Below, one piece after another: positions 9,393 to 18,307 of a DNA stretch of 32,000 nt. Below the pieces are notes generated by a model that had not been told where the DNA came from, did no database searches, and worked only from the letters and a program-made list of their open reading frames with translations. The stretch is taken from positions 540,001-572,000 of the forward strand of contig CP023991.1 in the NCBI GenBank assembly GCA_003516025.1, read 5' to 3'. The DNA is from Candidatus Saccharimonadota bacterium (lineage in GTDB: Bacteria; Patescibacteriota; Saccharimonadia; Saccharimonadales; UBA4665). A program made the translations under genes and the position numbers. How positions within the stretch are numbered: the stretch's first letter is position 1; each line of letters starts with the position of its first letter.

Positions 9393-9433
9393 AATCGGGA
9401 GTAAAGGTATCAGGGGTAACAAACGAGGTAACT

Positions 9434-10048
9434 ATGAAAGCTCTCATTACTAGGAAGGTTGGCATGACCAGTACTATCGCAGAAGATGGTGTCGTGACTG
9501 CTGTAACCTTGCTTTCCGCTAGTCCTTGCGTTATTACGCAAGTGAAGACCGTCGACACTGATGGATACACTGCTATCCAGCTCGGTGCCGAAGAAGCAAA
9601 GCATGCCGGCAAGGCTGCTGAAGGTCATTTTAAAGCTGCAGGCGTCACGCCTAAAGTCGTACGTGAGTTCCGCGTCGATGAACTCAGTGAAGACCTGAAG
9701 GTTGGCGCGACTATCGCGGCAGATACTTTTGAAGCCGGTGACGAAGTAGATGTTACAGGCACTACTAAAGGTAAGGGTTGGGCCGGTACTATCCGCCGCC
9801 ACAACTTCCACCGTCAACGCAAAACCCACGGTGGTAAAGGTAACACTCGTAAAGTCGGTTCTATCGGCTCTATGTACCCTCAGCGTATTTTCCCAGGTAA
9901 GAAAATGGCTGGCCAGCTCGGTGGTGACCAGGTTACCGTTAAAAACCTAAAGATCGCTTTTGTTGATACAGAGAATAATCTCATCGGGGTTACTGGTGCC
10001 GTTCCTGGTCCACGTAAAGGCATTATCATTTTGAAAGGAGCTAAATAA
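9434..10048 (+). CDS. rplC: 50S ribosomal protein L3
   Basis: 204 aa starting MKALITRKVGMTS, with TKGKGWAG. Confidence 0.96.
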   Translation: MKALITRKVGMTSTIAEDGVVTAVTLLSASPCVITQVKTVDTDGYTAIQLGAEEAKHAGKAAEGHFKAAGVTPKVVREFRVDELSEDLKVGATIAADTFEAGDEVDVTGTTKGKGWAGTIRRHNFHRQRKTHGGKGNTRKVGSIGSMYPQRIFPGKKMAGQLGGDQVTVKNLKIAFVDTENNLIGVTGAVPGPRKGIIILKGAK

Positions 10049-10710
10049 TGGCGACTCCTACATTCACAAGCGCTGGCGCCAAGGCTACTAAGCCAGCTCA
10101 GCTCGATCAAGCCGTATTTGGTGTAGCTCCTGAAAACCATGAGCTGCTCAAGCGCGTCTACACTGCCTACCTCGCTAACGGCCGCACCAACAATGCTGTC
10201 ACTCTTAAGCGTGGTGAAGTCAGTGGTGGTGGCCGCAAGCCTTGGAAGCAAAAGGGAACCGGCCGAGCACGTTTCGGTTCAACCCGCGTGCCTATTTGGC
10301 GCGGTGGTGGTGTTGCTTTTGGTCCTACCGGGCAGGAAAACTACACACTTAACGTCAATGTTAAAGCTAAGCGTTTAGCTATCCGTCAGGCACTCAGCCT
10401 GGCCGCAAACGAAGAAAAGATTGTCATTATCGAAGACTTCGCGGTTAAGGATGGTAAAACATCAGCCGCAGCGGCATTGCTCGCTAAGGTAGGCGCCAGC
10501 CGTAAGACGCTGGTGGTCGTTGATCACAAATCAGTGGAACTCACCCGCGCCACAGCAAACCTCGGCGACGTTAAGTTAGTCCAGGCTACCTACCTGAATG
10601 TCTTTGATCTTATGAACGCTGACACTATCGTAGTAACCAGCGCCGCTTTGTCTGCTATTAGCGAATGGCTTGGTGCCGAGAGCACTACCGCAAAAGAGGA
10701 GACTAAATAA
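10048..10710 (+). CDS. rplD: 50S ribosomal protein L4
   Basis: 220 aa with GGGRKPWKQKGTGRAR. TAATG junction with rplC. Confidence 0.96.
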   Translation: MATPTFTSAGAKATKPAQLDQAVFGVAPENHELLKRVYTAYLANGRTNNAVTLKRGEVSGGGRKPWKQKGTGRARFGSTRVPIWRGGGVAFGPTGQENYTLNVNVKAKRLAIRQALSLAANEEKIVIIEDFAVKDGKTSAAAALLAKVGASRKTLVVVDHKSVELTRATANLGDVKLVQATYLNVFDLMNADTIVVTSAALSAISEWLGAESTTAKEETK

Positions 10711-11135
10711 TGAGCAATCCAATCGTAACCTCGCTGGTTCTTAAGCCTCGCATGAGCGAAAAGGCTTACGGCATGAGTCAGGTCAGCAACACATACGTGT
10801 TTGATGTTGACGGCAGCGCTAACAAGCACACCGTCGCCCGGGCTGTTAGCGAACAGTTCGGCGTTACCGCGACAACCGTCCGTGTAATCAACGCTAAAGG
10901 TAAAACTAAGCGTACTGTCCGCAAGGGTGGACGCCCAACTATGGGCCGCCAGTCTGACGTCAAAAAAGCCTATGTAACTCTTAAGGCTGGTGATACGCTA
11001 CCTATCTTCGCCGCTATCGAAGAAGCCGAAGCAAAGGAAGCTGAAACAACTGAAAAGCTGGCTAAAGCCGCCGCCGAATCTGAAAAGAAGGCCGAGAAAA
11101 AAGAGGCTAAAAAGTCTAAGAAGGAGGACAAGTAA
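10710..11135 (+). CDS. rplW: 50S ribosomal protein L23 with a ~40-aa K/E/A-rich C-terminal extension
   Basis: 141 aa. L23 core, then EEAEAKEAETTEKLAKAAAESEKKAEKKEAKKSKKEDK. Confidence 0.93.
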   Translation: MSNPIVTSLVLKPRMSEKAYGMSQVSNTYVFDVDGSANKHTVARAVSEQFGVTATTVRVINAKGKTKRTVRKGGRPTMGRQSDVKKAYVTLKAGDTLPIFAAIEEAEAKEAETTEKLAKAAAESEKKAEKKEAKKSKKEDK

Positions 11136-11971
11136 TGGCTATTAATGTTTACAAGCCAACCACTCCTGGCCGCCGTGGCATGACGAGCATCAGCTCGAGT
11201 GACATTACAACCAAGAAGCCGCTGCGCTCTCTTGTTGTCATCAAGCGCCGTACCAATGGCCGCAACAACCAGGGACGGATTACAACCCGCCACCGCGGCG
11301 GTGGAGCTAAGCGTTACTACCGCTTAGTTAACTTCGGTCTCGAATCCGGCGTCACTGCTACTGTCGAGCACATTGAATATGATCCAAACCGCAGTGCCCG
11401 CATTGCCCGTATTAAAGACCAGACCGGTCAGTACCACTACATTCTTGCCTCACAGGGCATGGGGGTAGGCCAAACTATAACAAGTGGCGAAGAAGCTCCT
11501 ATTGAAGCTGGTAACCGCTTGAAGTTAAAAAACATCCCCGTAGGCTCTACTATTCATGGTATTGAGCTGCAGCCAGGCAAGGGCGCCCAGTTAGTCCGCT
11601 CTGCCGGTAACAGCGCGCAGCTGATGGCCAAAGAAGAAGACTACGCTCAGGTTCGCCTGCCAAGCGGTGAAGTTCGCCGCGTCAACGTAGAATGTACTGC
11701 CAGCATTGGCGTATTGAGCAACGAACAACACCAAAACGTCAAAATCGGTAAGGCCGGCCGTAACCGTCTTAAGGGTAAGCGCCCAAGTGTCCGTGGTGTC
11801 GTCATGAACGCCGTAGACCACCCGCACGGTGGTGGTGATGGTGGTCGTCACCGTATGGCTAAGGCTCCTCGTACGCCTTGGGGTCAGAAGACACTCGGTT
11901 TCAAGACTCGCCGCCGTAAGAATACCAACCAGTTCATCGTAAGAAGCCGTCATCAGGCGAAGAGGAAATAA
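11135..11971 (+). CDS. rplB: 50S ribosomal protein L2
   Basis: 278 aa with VDHPHGGGDGG and KPTTPGRRG. Confidence 0.97.
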   Translation: MAINVYKPTTPGRRGMTSISSSDITTKKPLRSLVVIKRRTNGRNNQGRITTRHRGGGAKRYYRLVNFGLESGVTATVEHIEYDPNRSARIARIKDQTGQYHYILASQGMGVGQTITSGEEAPIEAGNRLKLKNIPVGSTIHGIELQPGKGAQLVRSAGNSAQLMAKEEDYAQVRLPSGEVRRVNVECTASIGVLSNEQHQNVKIGKAGRNRLKGKRPSVRGVVMNAVDHPHGGGDGGRHRMAKAPRTPWGQKTLGFKTRRRKNTNQFIVRSRHQAKRK

Positions 11972-11974
11972 GAC

Positions 11975-12244
11975 ATGAGTAGATCACTGAAAAAAGGTCC
12001 ATTTATTGATCCGAAGCTTGCCAAGAAGGTTGAGGCTCTCGGAAACGATGACCGTACTATTATCAAAACTTGGGCTCGCGCCAGTACCATTACGCCTGAC
12101 TTCGTCGGCCGTACCATTGCCGTACACAACGGCCGTGTCCATGTCCCGGTATTTGTTACCGAAAACATGGTTGGTCACAAGCTCGGTGAGTTTAGTCCAA
12201 CCCGTAAGTTCCGTAACCACGGCGGAAAGCTGGCAAAGAGGTAG
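11975..12244 (+). CDS. rpsS: 30S ribosomal protein S19
   Basis: 89 aa starting [15 protein letters not shown], with AVHNGR. Confidence 0.97.
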   Translation: MSRSLKKGPFIDPKLAKKVEALGNDDRTIIKTWARASTITPDFVGRTIAVHNGRVHVPVFVTENMVGHKLGEFSPTRKFRNHGGKLAKR

Positions 12245-12247
12245 ACC

Positions 12248-12637
12248 ATGAGTGTACTAGCAATCGCAAAAGGAGTTCGTATGAGCCCGCGTAAGGTCGG
12301 CGTTGTAGCCAGCCTGGTCCGTGGCCGTACCGTTGAGGACGCTTTGACTATTTTAGGGCATACCCCTCGCCGCTCCGCACTTCCTGTTATCAAGGCTATC
12401 AATAGCGCCAAAGCCAACGCCGACCATAACCACGGCTATAAGCCCGCAACCCTTCGTATTGTTGAAATCACCGTTAACCACGGTCCTCGCATCAAACGTT
12501 TCCGTCCAGCCGCACATGGCCGCGCGTTGCCGTTTATGCGCCGCACCAGCCACATCCGTGTGGTCGTTGACGGGGATAAGCGTGAAGTCAAAAAAGCCAG
12601 CCAGAAATCAACGGCTGCAGTAAAGAAGGAGGCATAA
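12248..12637 (+). CDS. rplV: 50S ribosomal protein L22
   Basis: 129 aa with VRMSPRKVGVVASLVRG. Short basic C-terminal tail. Confidence 0.95.
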   Translation: MSVLAIAKGVRMSPRKVGVVASLVRGRTVEDALTILGHTPRRSALPVIKAINSAKANADHNHGYKPATLRIVEITVNHGPRIKRFRPAAHGRALPFMRRTSHIRVVVDGDKREVKKASQKSTAAVKKEA

Positions 12638-12638
12638 T

Positions 12639-13268
12639 ATGGGCCAAAAAGTAAACCCAATTAGCATGCGCCTCCAGGCCAACAAAGATTGGCGCAGCAA
12701 GTGGTTCGCCAGCAAGCGTGATTACGCGTCATTCCTGCAGAACGACCTGGCTGTCCGCAAGCTGATCTCTACGAAGCTTGGTTCTCGCGCAGCTATTAAC
12801 AAAGTTGACATTGAGCGTTCGCCAAACCTCGTAACCGTTACTATCGCCACTGCTAAGGCAGGTGTTGTAATCGGTCGTGGCGGTCAGGGCGCACAGGAAC
12901 TAAAAGCCGCTATCGAAAAGATCTACGGTGTTCCGGTACGTGTTAACATCGAAGAAGTTAAGAAGAGTGAACTGTATGCCAAGCTTGTAGCCGAGAATAT
13001 CGCTCACCAGCTGGAGCGTCGCATGAGCTTCCGCCGCGCTATTAAGAGCTCGGCTGCCGCGACTATGCGCGCCGGTGCCCAGGGTGTTCGTATCCAGGTA
13101 GCAGGACGATTGAACGGCGCTGAAATGTCACGCCGCGAAAAAGAAGTCGCTGGTTCAGTTCCTCTGCACACTATCCGTGCCAACATTGATTTTGCTCAGG
13201 TTCCTGCTCAAACCGCAGCCGGCATTATCGGTGTCAAGGTTTGGATTTACAAGGGGGAAAATAGCTAA
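12639..13268 (+). CDS. rpsC: 30S ribosomal protein S3
   Basis: 209 aa starting [12 protein letters not shown], with a KH domain ([10 protein letters not shown]). Confidence 0.97.
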   Translation: MGQKVNPISMRLQANKDWRSKWFASKRDYASFLQNDLAVRKLISTKLGSRAAINKVDIERSPNLVTVTIATAKAGVVIGRGGQGAQELKAAIEKIYGVPVRVNIEEVKKSELYAKLVAENIAHQLERRMSFRRAIKSSAAATMRAGAQGVRIQVAGRLNGAEMSRREKEVAGSVPLHTIRANIDFAQVPAQTAAGIIGVKVWIYKGENS

Positions 13269-13681
13269 TGTTAGTCCCAAATCGAATGAAGTTCCGCAAG
13301 GTACGCAAGGGTAAAATCCGCGGCGTAGCTACTGCAGGACATTACATTGCTTACGGTGACTTCGCGCTTCAGGCCCAGGGCCATGAGCGTATCACCAGCC
13401 GCCAAATCGAGTCTGCTCGTCAGGCGATGACCCGCTACGTCAAACGTGGTGGTAAAATCTGGATCCGTATTTTCCCTCACACCCCAGTAACCCGCAAACC
13501 GCAAGACGTTAAAATGGGTAGCGGTAAAGGCAGCCCTGAATTTTACGTCGCCAAGGTTAAGCCAGGTACTATTATGTTCGAAATGCAGGGTGTACCAGTA
13601 GAGACTGCCCGCGAAGCTATGCGCCTTGCGGCACATAAGCTTCCAGTGAAGACTAAGTTCCTCGTGAAAGAGGAGGTGTAA
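13268..13681 (+). CDS. rplP: 50S ribosomal protein L16
   Basis: 137 aa starting [15 protein letters not shown]. Confidence 0.97.
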   Translation: MLVPNRMKFRKVRKGKIRGVATAGHYIAYGDFALQAQGHERITSRQIESARQAMTRYVKRGGKIWIRIFPHTPVTRKPQDVKMGSGKGSPEFYVAKVKPGTIMFEMQGVPVETAREAMRLAAHKLPVKTKFLVKEEV

Positions 13682-13682
13682 T

Positions 13683-13883
13683 ATGAAGATCGTTGATATC
13701 CGCAAGCTCTCAACAGCAGAGCTGACAACTGAAACCACTAAGCTCCGCGACGAAATCGCGGGACTGAAGCGTGGCCTTCACACCGGTGAAATGCAAAACG
13801 TCCGTTTAATTCGTAATAAGCGTAAGGATCTTGCGCGCATGCTGACTGTTCTATCAGAACAACTCACTAAGGAGACCGTATAA
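13683..13883 (+). CDS. rpmC: 50S ribosomal protein L29
   Basis: 66 aa in the conserved position between L16 and S17, with an L29-like helical sequence. Confidence 0.92.
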   Translation: MKIVDIRKLSTAELTTETTKLRDEIAGLKRGLHTGEMQNVRLIRNKRKDLARMLTVLSEQLTKETV

Positions 13884-14197
13884 TGGCTAAAACAATCACA
13901 GGTATTGTGTCCTCGGACAAGGCTGACAAGACCATTATCGTCACCGTTCAGACCCGCAAGACCCATCCTATTTACCGTAAACAATATTCAGTAAGCACTA
14001 AATTTATGGCCCACGACGAAAACAATGAAGCCCAGGTTGGCGACAAAGTTTCCATCGTAGAAACCCGACCGCTGAGCGCCCGCAAGCGTTTTACGCTTGA
14101 CCGCATCATCGAGAAGCCAAAACTTCGTGAAGACTCTTTGGGCGCGACGAAAGTCGTAGCGGCCGAGGAATCTTCTGCAGAGACGGAGGAAGCGTAA
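13883..14197 (+). CDS. rpsQ: 30S ribosomal protein S17 (acidic C-terminal extension)
   Basis: 104 aa with [14 protein letters not shown] and [13 protein letters not shown]. Confidence 0.95.
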   Translation: MAKTITGIVSSDKADKTIIVTVQTRKTHPIYRKQYSVSTKFMAHDENNEAQVGDKVSIVETRPLSARKRFTLDRIIEKPKLREDSLGATKVVAAEESSAETEEA

Positions 14198-14565
14198 TGA
14201 TTCAACAAGAAACCCGCTTGGTGGTTACCGATAACTCTGGTGCCAAGGAAATCCTTTGTATCCGTGTTCTTGGTGGCACACGCCGCCGTTACGCGCGCGT
14301 CGGTGACGTTATCGTCGCAACCGTTAAACAGGCCGCGCCGAACGGTACTGTAAAGAAGAAGAGTGTCGTTAAGGCAGTCGTCGTGCGTACCCGCAACCAA
14401 ATCCGTCGTAAAGATGGTTCCACCATTAAATTCGACGATAACGCCGCGGTTATCATTGGTGACGACAAAACCCCACGCGCAACCCGTATCTTTGGACCGG
14501 TTCCCCGTGAACTGCGTGACCTTGGCTACGCTCGTATCGTTAGCTTAGCCCCGGAGGTACTATAA
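14197..14565 (+). CDS. rplN: 50S ribosomal protein L14
   Basis: 122 aa starting [17 protein letters not shown]. Confidence 0.97.
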   Translation: MIQQETRLVVTDNSGAKEILCIRVLGGTRRRYARVGDVIVATVKQAAPNGTVKKKSVVKAVVVRTRNQIRRKDGSTIKFDDNAAVIIGDDKTPRATRIFGPVPRELRDLGYARIVSLAPEVL

Positions 14566-14897
14566 TGGAAAACAAAATGTTTAAGATCCGTTTGAAGAAG
14601 GGTGACACCGTCGTTATCCGTTCTGGCAAATATAAGGGCCAGACTGGTAAAGTCGTAGCTACTCACCCGGCCGATAACAAGGTTACCGTCGAAGGTATCA
14701 ATGTTGTCAAAAAGGCAGTCAAGCCAACCCGTACAAACCCTACTGGTGGCTTTCAGGAAATCACCAAGCCACTGTTTGTCGGTAAGGTAGGCTTGGTCGA
14801 ACCAACTACCAAAAAAGCTAGCCGTATTGGCTACACAGTTAAAGAAGATGGCTCGAAGACACGCGTCTTTAAGAGCACCGGAAAGGAGATCAAGTAA
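14565..14897 (+). CDS. rplX: 50S ribosomal protein L24
   Basis: 110 aa with a KOW motif (KKGDTVVIRSGKYKGQTGKV). The start could instead be ATG 14577. Confidence 0.93.
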   Translation: MENKMFKIRLKKGDTVVIRSGKYKGQTGKVVATHPADNKVTVEGINVVKKAVKPTRTNPTGGFQEITKPLFVGKVGLVEPTTKKASRIGYTVKEDGSKTRVFKSTGKEIK

Positions 14898-15481
14898 TGG
14901 CAACCGCGACTAAAACTACTACTGTTTCAACGCAGCCACGGTTGCGCGCAGTCTATAACGAGACGATCGCTCCGGAACTTCAAAAGGAACTCGGCCTGGA
15001 TAACCCACATCAGATCCCGCGCTTGGAAAAGATCGTTGTTAACATCGGTCTTGGCCGTGCCAAGGACGATAAACGCCTTATGGAAATCGCCACTAACACG
15101 CTTCGTAAGATCACCGGTCAGCAGCCGGTTGAGACGACTGCTCGCCTGAGCATCGCGACTTTCAAACTTCGCGAAGGCAACAAAATTGGTCTCAAGGTTA
15201 CGCTTCGGGGTGACCGCATGTACGAATTCCTGGACCGTCTGCTTACTGTAGTCCTGCCACGCTTGCGTGACTTCCATGGTGTCAGCGCCAAAGCTTTTGA
15301 CAAGCAGGGTAACTACAGCCTCGGCATGACCGATCAGTCTGTATTTCCTGAACTGACATTCGAGGAAACAACAACTACCCATGGTCTACAGGCCGTCATG
15401 GTAATTAAATGCGAAGAACAAGCGCATGCCCGTGCTCTCTTAGAGAAATTCGGCATGCCATTCGAGAAGGAGGACAGGTAA
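14897..15481 (+). CDS. rplE: 50S ribosomal protein L5
   Basis: 194 aa with L5 family sequence in the conserved position. Confidence 0.95.
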   Translation: MATATKTTTVSTQPRLRAVYNETIAPELQKELGLDNPHQIPRLEKIVVNIGLGRAKDDKRLMEIATNTLRKITGQQPVETTARLSIATFKLREGNKIGLKVTLRGDRMYEFLDRLLTVVLPRLRDFHGVSAKAFDKQGNYSLGMTDQSVFPELTFEETTTTHGLQAVMVIKCEEQAHARALLEKFGMPFEKEDR

Positions 15482-15750
15482 TGGCTAAGAAATCAGCAGT
15501 AGCTCGCGACCTAAAGCGACAGAAGATGATTAAGAAGTATGCTGCCAAGCGCGCTGAACTAAAGGCTCTTGGCGACCAAGAAGGTCTGGCTAAGTTGCCT
15601 CGTAACTCAAGCCCAACCCGCTGGAAGAACCGTGACGCCATTACTGGCCGCCCACGTGGTTATATGCGCACCTTCGGCCTGAGCCGTATTACCTTCCGTG
15701 AATTTGCAAGCAAGGGTGAAATCCCCGGCGTAACGAAGTCGAGCTGGTAG
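15481..15750 (+). CDS. rpsN: 30S ribosomal protein S14, long cysteine-free (C-minus) form, 89 aa
   Basis: The start [13 protein letters not shown] at 15481 forms a TAATG junction with rplE. The upstream part of track ORF 15409 overlaps rplE. No Cys residues. Ends ...GVTKSSW. Confidence 0.93.
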   Translation: MAKKSAVARDLKRQKMIKKYAAKRAELKALGDQEGLAKLPRNSSPTRWKNRDAITGRPRGYMRTFGLSRITFREFASKGEIPGVTKSSW

Positions 15751-15766
15751 AAAGGAGATATGGAAC

Positions 15767-16165
15767 ATGATTACAAGTACTGACCCAATCGCCGACATGC
15801 TGTCCCGCATCCGTAACGCAATCGCTGTACGCAAAAACGAGGTAAGTATGCCACATTCAAAAGCGAAAGAAGCTGTCGCCCAGCTGCTCAAGGACAATGG
15901 TTTCCTGAGCGCCGTAAATACTTCTGACGCTGCAATCGGCAAAACTCTGACTATCACCATTAACAGTGAATCAGACAATGCCCGTATTACTGAGATTACC
16001 CGCCTCAGCAAGCCTGGACGCCGTTTTTACACCAAAGCCAAGGAAATCCCAACCGTTAAACGCGGCCGTGGCTTGGTTATCGTCTCTACCTCAAAAGGCA
16101 TGATGACTGGTGTAGAAGCCCGCAACCAAGGTGTTGGTGGCGAGTTAATTTGTAAAGTTTATTAA
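15767..16165 (+). CDS. rpsH: 30S ribosomal protein S8
   Basis: 132 aa with DPIADMLSRIRNA. Confidence 0.96.
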   Translation: MITSTDPIADMLSRIRNAIAVRKNEVSMPHSKAKEAVAQLLKDNGFLSAVNTSDAAIGKTLTITINSESDNARITEITRLSKPGRRFYTKAKEIPTVKRGRGLVIVSTSKGMMTGVEARNQGVGGELICKVY

Positions 16166-16196
16166 TAAGTAGTCGCAAGACTGAAGGATTAAGGAA

Positions 16197-16736
16197 ATGA
16201 GTCGAGTTGGAAAACTACCGATCGAACTACCGAACGGCGTGACAATCACTGTCGACCCAGACACTATTACGGTGACTGGACCGAAAGGCAGCCTCACGCA
16301 GTTCACACTGCCTGGCATCAATATCGCACAGGAAAATGGTGTTCTCACTGTTGCCCGTGAAGATGACGAGCCCAAGAACCGCGCCAAGCATGGCCTGATG
16401 CGCGCCCTCATCAATAACATGGTTGTTGGTGTAACCGAAGGCTTCTCCAAGAAATTGGAAATCAATGGCGTAGGTTACCGTGTAGCTGCCCAGGGCGCCG
16501 GCCTTAAGCTGAACCTCGGTTTCTCCCATGATGTCAATTTCGTATTGCCAGCGGGCATCACGGCTACAGTTGAGCAGAATACCATTACGGTTTCCGGCAT
16601 CAGCAAGCAGCAGGTCGGTCAAGTCGCCGCCGAAATCCGGGCGCTTAAGAAACCTGAACCATATAAGGGCAAGGGTATTAAATATGCCGACGAGCGTATT
16701 ATCCGCAAGTCTGGTAAATCAGGAAAGGACAAGTAG
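16197..16736 (+). CDS. rplF: 50S ribosomal protein L6
   Basis: 179 aa starting MSRVGKLPIELPNGV. Confidence 0.96.
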   Translation: MSRVGKLPIELPNGVTITVDPDTITVTGPKGSLTQFTLPGINIAQENGVLTVAREDDEPKNRAKHGLMRALINNMVVGVTEGFSKKLEINGVGYRVAAQGAGLKLNLGFSHDVNFVLPAGITATVEQNTITVSGISKQQVGQVAAEIRALKKPEPYKGKGIKYADERIIRKSGKSGKDK

Positions 16737-16747
16737 GGTAAGTTAGT

Positions 16748-17104
16748 ATGAATAAACTTGCACATAAATTACAAAACCGTGCCCTGCGTAAGAACCGCAT
16801 TCGCAGCACCATTAGTGGAACTGCGGCCCGTCCTCGCCTGAGCGTCTACGTCAGCAACATGCACGTCACCGCCCAGATCATTGACGACGCCAGTCACGTA
16901 ACATTGGCTTACGCTTCTACGGTTGGCCAGAAAGCAGCTACCGGCACGATGAGTGAAAAGGCAGCGTGGGTTGGTTTGGAAATCGCCAAGAAAGCTAAAG
17001 CAGCTAAAGTAACAGCAGTTGTTTTCGACCGTGGTGGCCGCGTCTACCATGGCCGCGTAAAGGCATTAGCCGAAGCAGCTCGTAATGGAGGATTGGAGTT
17101 CTAA
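16748..17104 (+). CDS. rplR: 50S ribosomal protein L18
   Basis: 118 aa with L18 family sequence (FDRGGRVYHGRVKALAEAAR). Confidence 0.95.
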   Translation: MNKLAHKLQNRALRKNRIRSTISGTAARPRLSVYVSNMHVTAQIIDDASHVTLAYASTVGQKAATGTMSEKAAWVGLEIAKKAKAAKVTAVVFDRGGRVYHGRVKALAEAARNGGLEF

Positions 17105-17105
17105 T

Positions 17106-17717
17106 ATGGACGGACAAAACACTACTCAGACTCCTCAGCGGGTCGAAACAGGCCGTTCAGGCAGGCAGGGCAATAACAACGACCGCCGCTCACGCCGCCC
17201 TGAACAAGTTCCTGAAGAAAAGCAATTTGACGAACGCACCCTGCACGTTGACCGCGTGGCCCGTGTCGTAAAGGGTGGACGCCGATTCCGTTTCCGCGCG
17301 CTTGTTGTCGTTGGTGACCGCAAGAACCGCGTTGGAATCGGTATAGCCAAAGGCGCCGACGTTACCGCAGCTGTGACTAAGGCTACTGATGTCGCTAAAA
17401 AGCACATGATAGCCGTACCGCTCTATAAAGGCACTTTACCTCATGAAGCTGAAGCGAAGGTAGGCGGTGCCCGCATCCTGGTTAAGCCAGCTAGCGCTGG
17501 TACCGGACTTATCGCCGGCGGTGTCGTCCGTACTATTCTCGAAGTAGCAGGCGTCAGCAACGCGCTGAGTAAGTCACTGGGTTCAACCAACAAAGCAAAC
17601 ACAGCTTACGCGACTATCGCGGCTCTACAGAGCGTCGTTCCTGCAAGCAAGTGGGTGACGAGCGCCAATAAACCAGCCAAGACCGCTGCAAAAGCTGTCA
17701 AAAAGAGCGAGGCATAA
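17106..17717 (+). CDS. rpsE: 30S ribosomal protein S5 with a ~45-aa R/Q/N-rich N-terminal extension and a C-terminal tail
   Basis: 203 aa from ATG 17106 (GGAG 7 nt upstream). The track start 17085 overlaps rplR. The core contains VDRVARVVKGGRRFRF. Confidence 0.93.
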   Translation: MDGQNTTQTPQRVETGRSGRQGNNNDRRSRRPEQVPEEKQFDERTLHVDRVARVVKGGRRFRFRALVVVGDRKNRVGIGIAKGADVTAAVTKATDVAKKHMIAVPLYKGTLPHEAEAKVGGARILVKPASAGTGLIAGGVVRTILEVAGVSNALSKSLGSTNKANTAYATIAALQSVVPASKWVTSANKPAKTAAKAVKKSEA

Positions 17718-17719
17718 CC

Positions 17720-18199
17720 ATGAAATTCAATGAATTAATTACAAACCGCAACAAACAGGCGAAGCGCCTCGGCCGCGGCATCGCTGCCGGTCAGGGTAAA
17801 ACAGCCGGCCGTGGTACCAAGGGTTACGGTTCACGTACCGGTTCCAAGGCTCGTCCTGGTTTCGCCGGTGGTCAGAACCCACTAATGCAGAAGCTTCCCA
17901 AGCTGCCTGGCTTCAAAAGCCACCGTACGCCTATGGAAACCGTCTACACTGGTCAACTTGATGCCATCACAACCAAGACCGTTGACGGCCACTCATTGGC
18001 AGCCGCAGGCCTTATCAGCAGCCCGTACGTCCGCGTTAAGCTGATTGCTAAAGGCGCTGTAACTAAAGCCGTAACCGTCGAGCTGCAGGCCGCTAGCGCT
18101 CAGGCTACCGAAGCTGTCGCAAATGCCGGCGGAAGCGTCAAAGTAGTGCCTCGCATCGCCCGTCCATCTACCAAGACTGAAAAACCTGCGAAAGTCTAG
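17720..18199 (+). CDS. rplO: 50S ribosomal protein L15
   Basis: 159 aa with LGRGIAAGQGKTAGRGTKG. It starts 2 nt after the rpsE stop, so no rpmD (L30) gene lies between them. Confidence 0.95.
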   Translation: MKFNELITNRNKQAKRLGRGIAAGQGKTAGRGTKGYGSRTGSKARPGFAGGQNPLMQKLPKLPGFKSHRTPMETVYTGQLDAITTKTVDGHSLAAAGLISSPYVRVKLIAKGAVTKAVTVELQAASAQATEAVANAGGSVKVVPRIARPSTKTEKPAKV

Positions 18200-18307
18200 T
18201 ACTACGTAGTTTTTACTGCAATACTAGGCTTCGGCCCTGTTTCGGCTGTATACTGGTACAAAACTACTGAACAATGTCACATTCTAACTGATTAAGGGGT
18301 ATCACTG

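Noticed and set aside
1261-15382. Long antisense or off-frame ORFs inside conserved genes (for example 1261-1722 -, 3156-3596 -, 9410-9829 -, 13271-13738 -, 13972-14400 -, 14927-15382 -)
   Set aside because: These are shadow ORFs opposite strongly conserved r-protein or rpoC coding sequence. They lack start signals and have low-complexity or odd composition, as expected by chance at this GC content.
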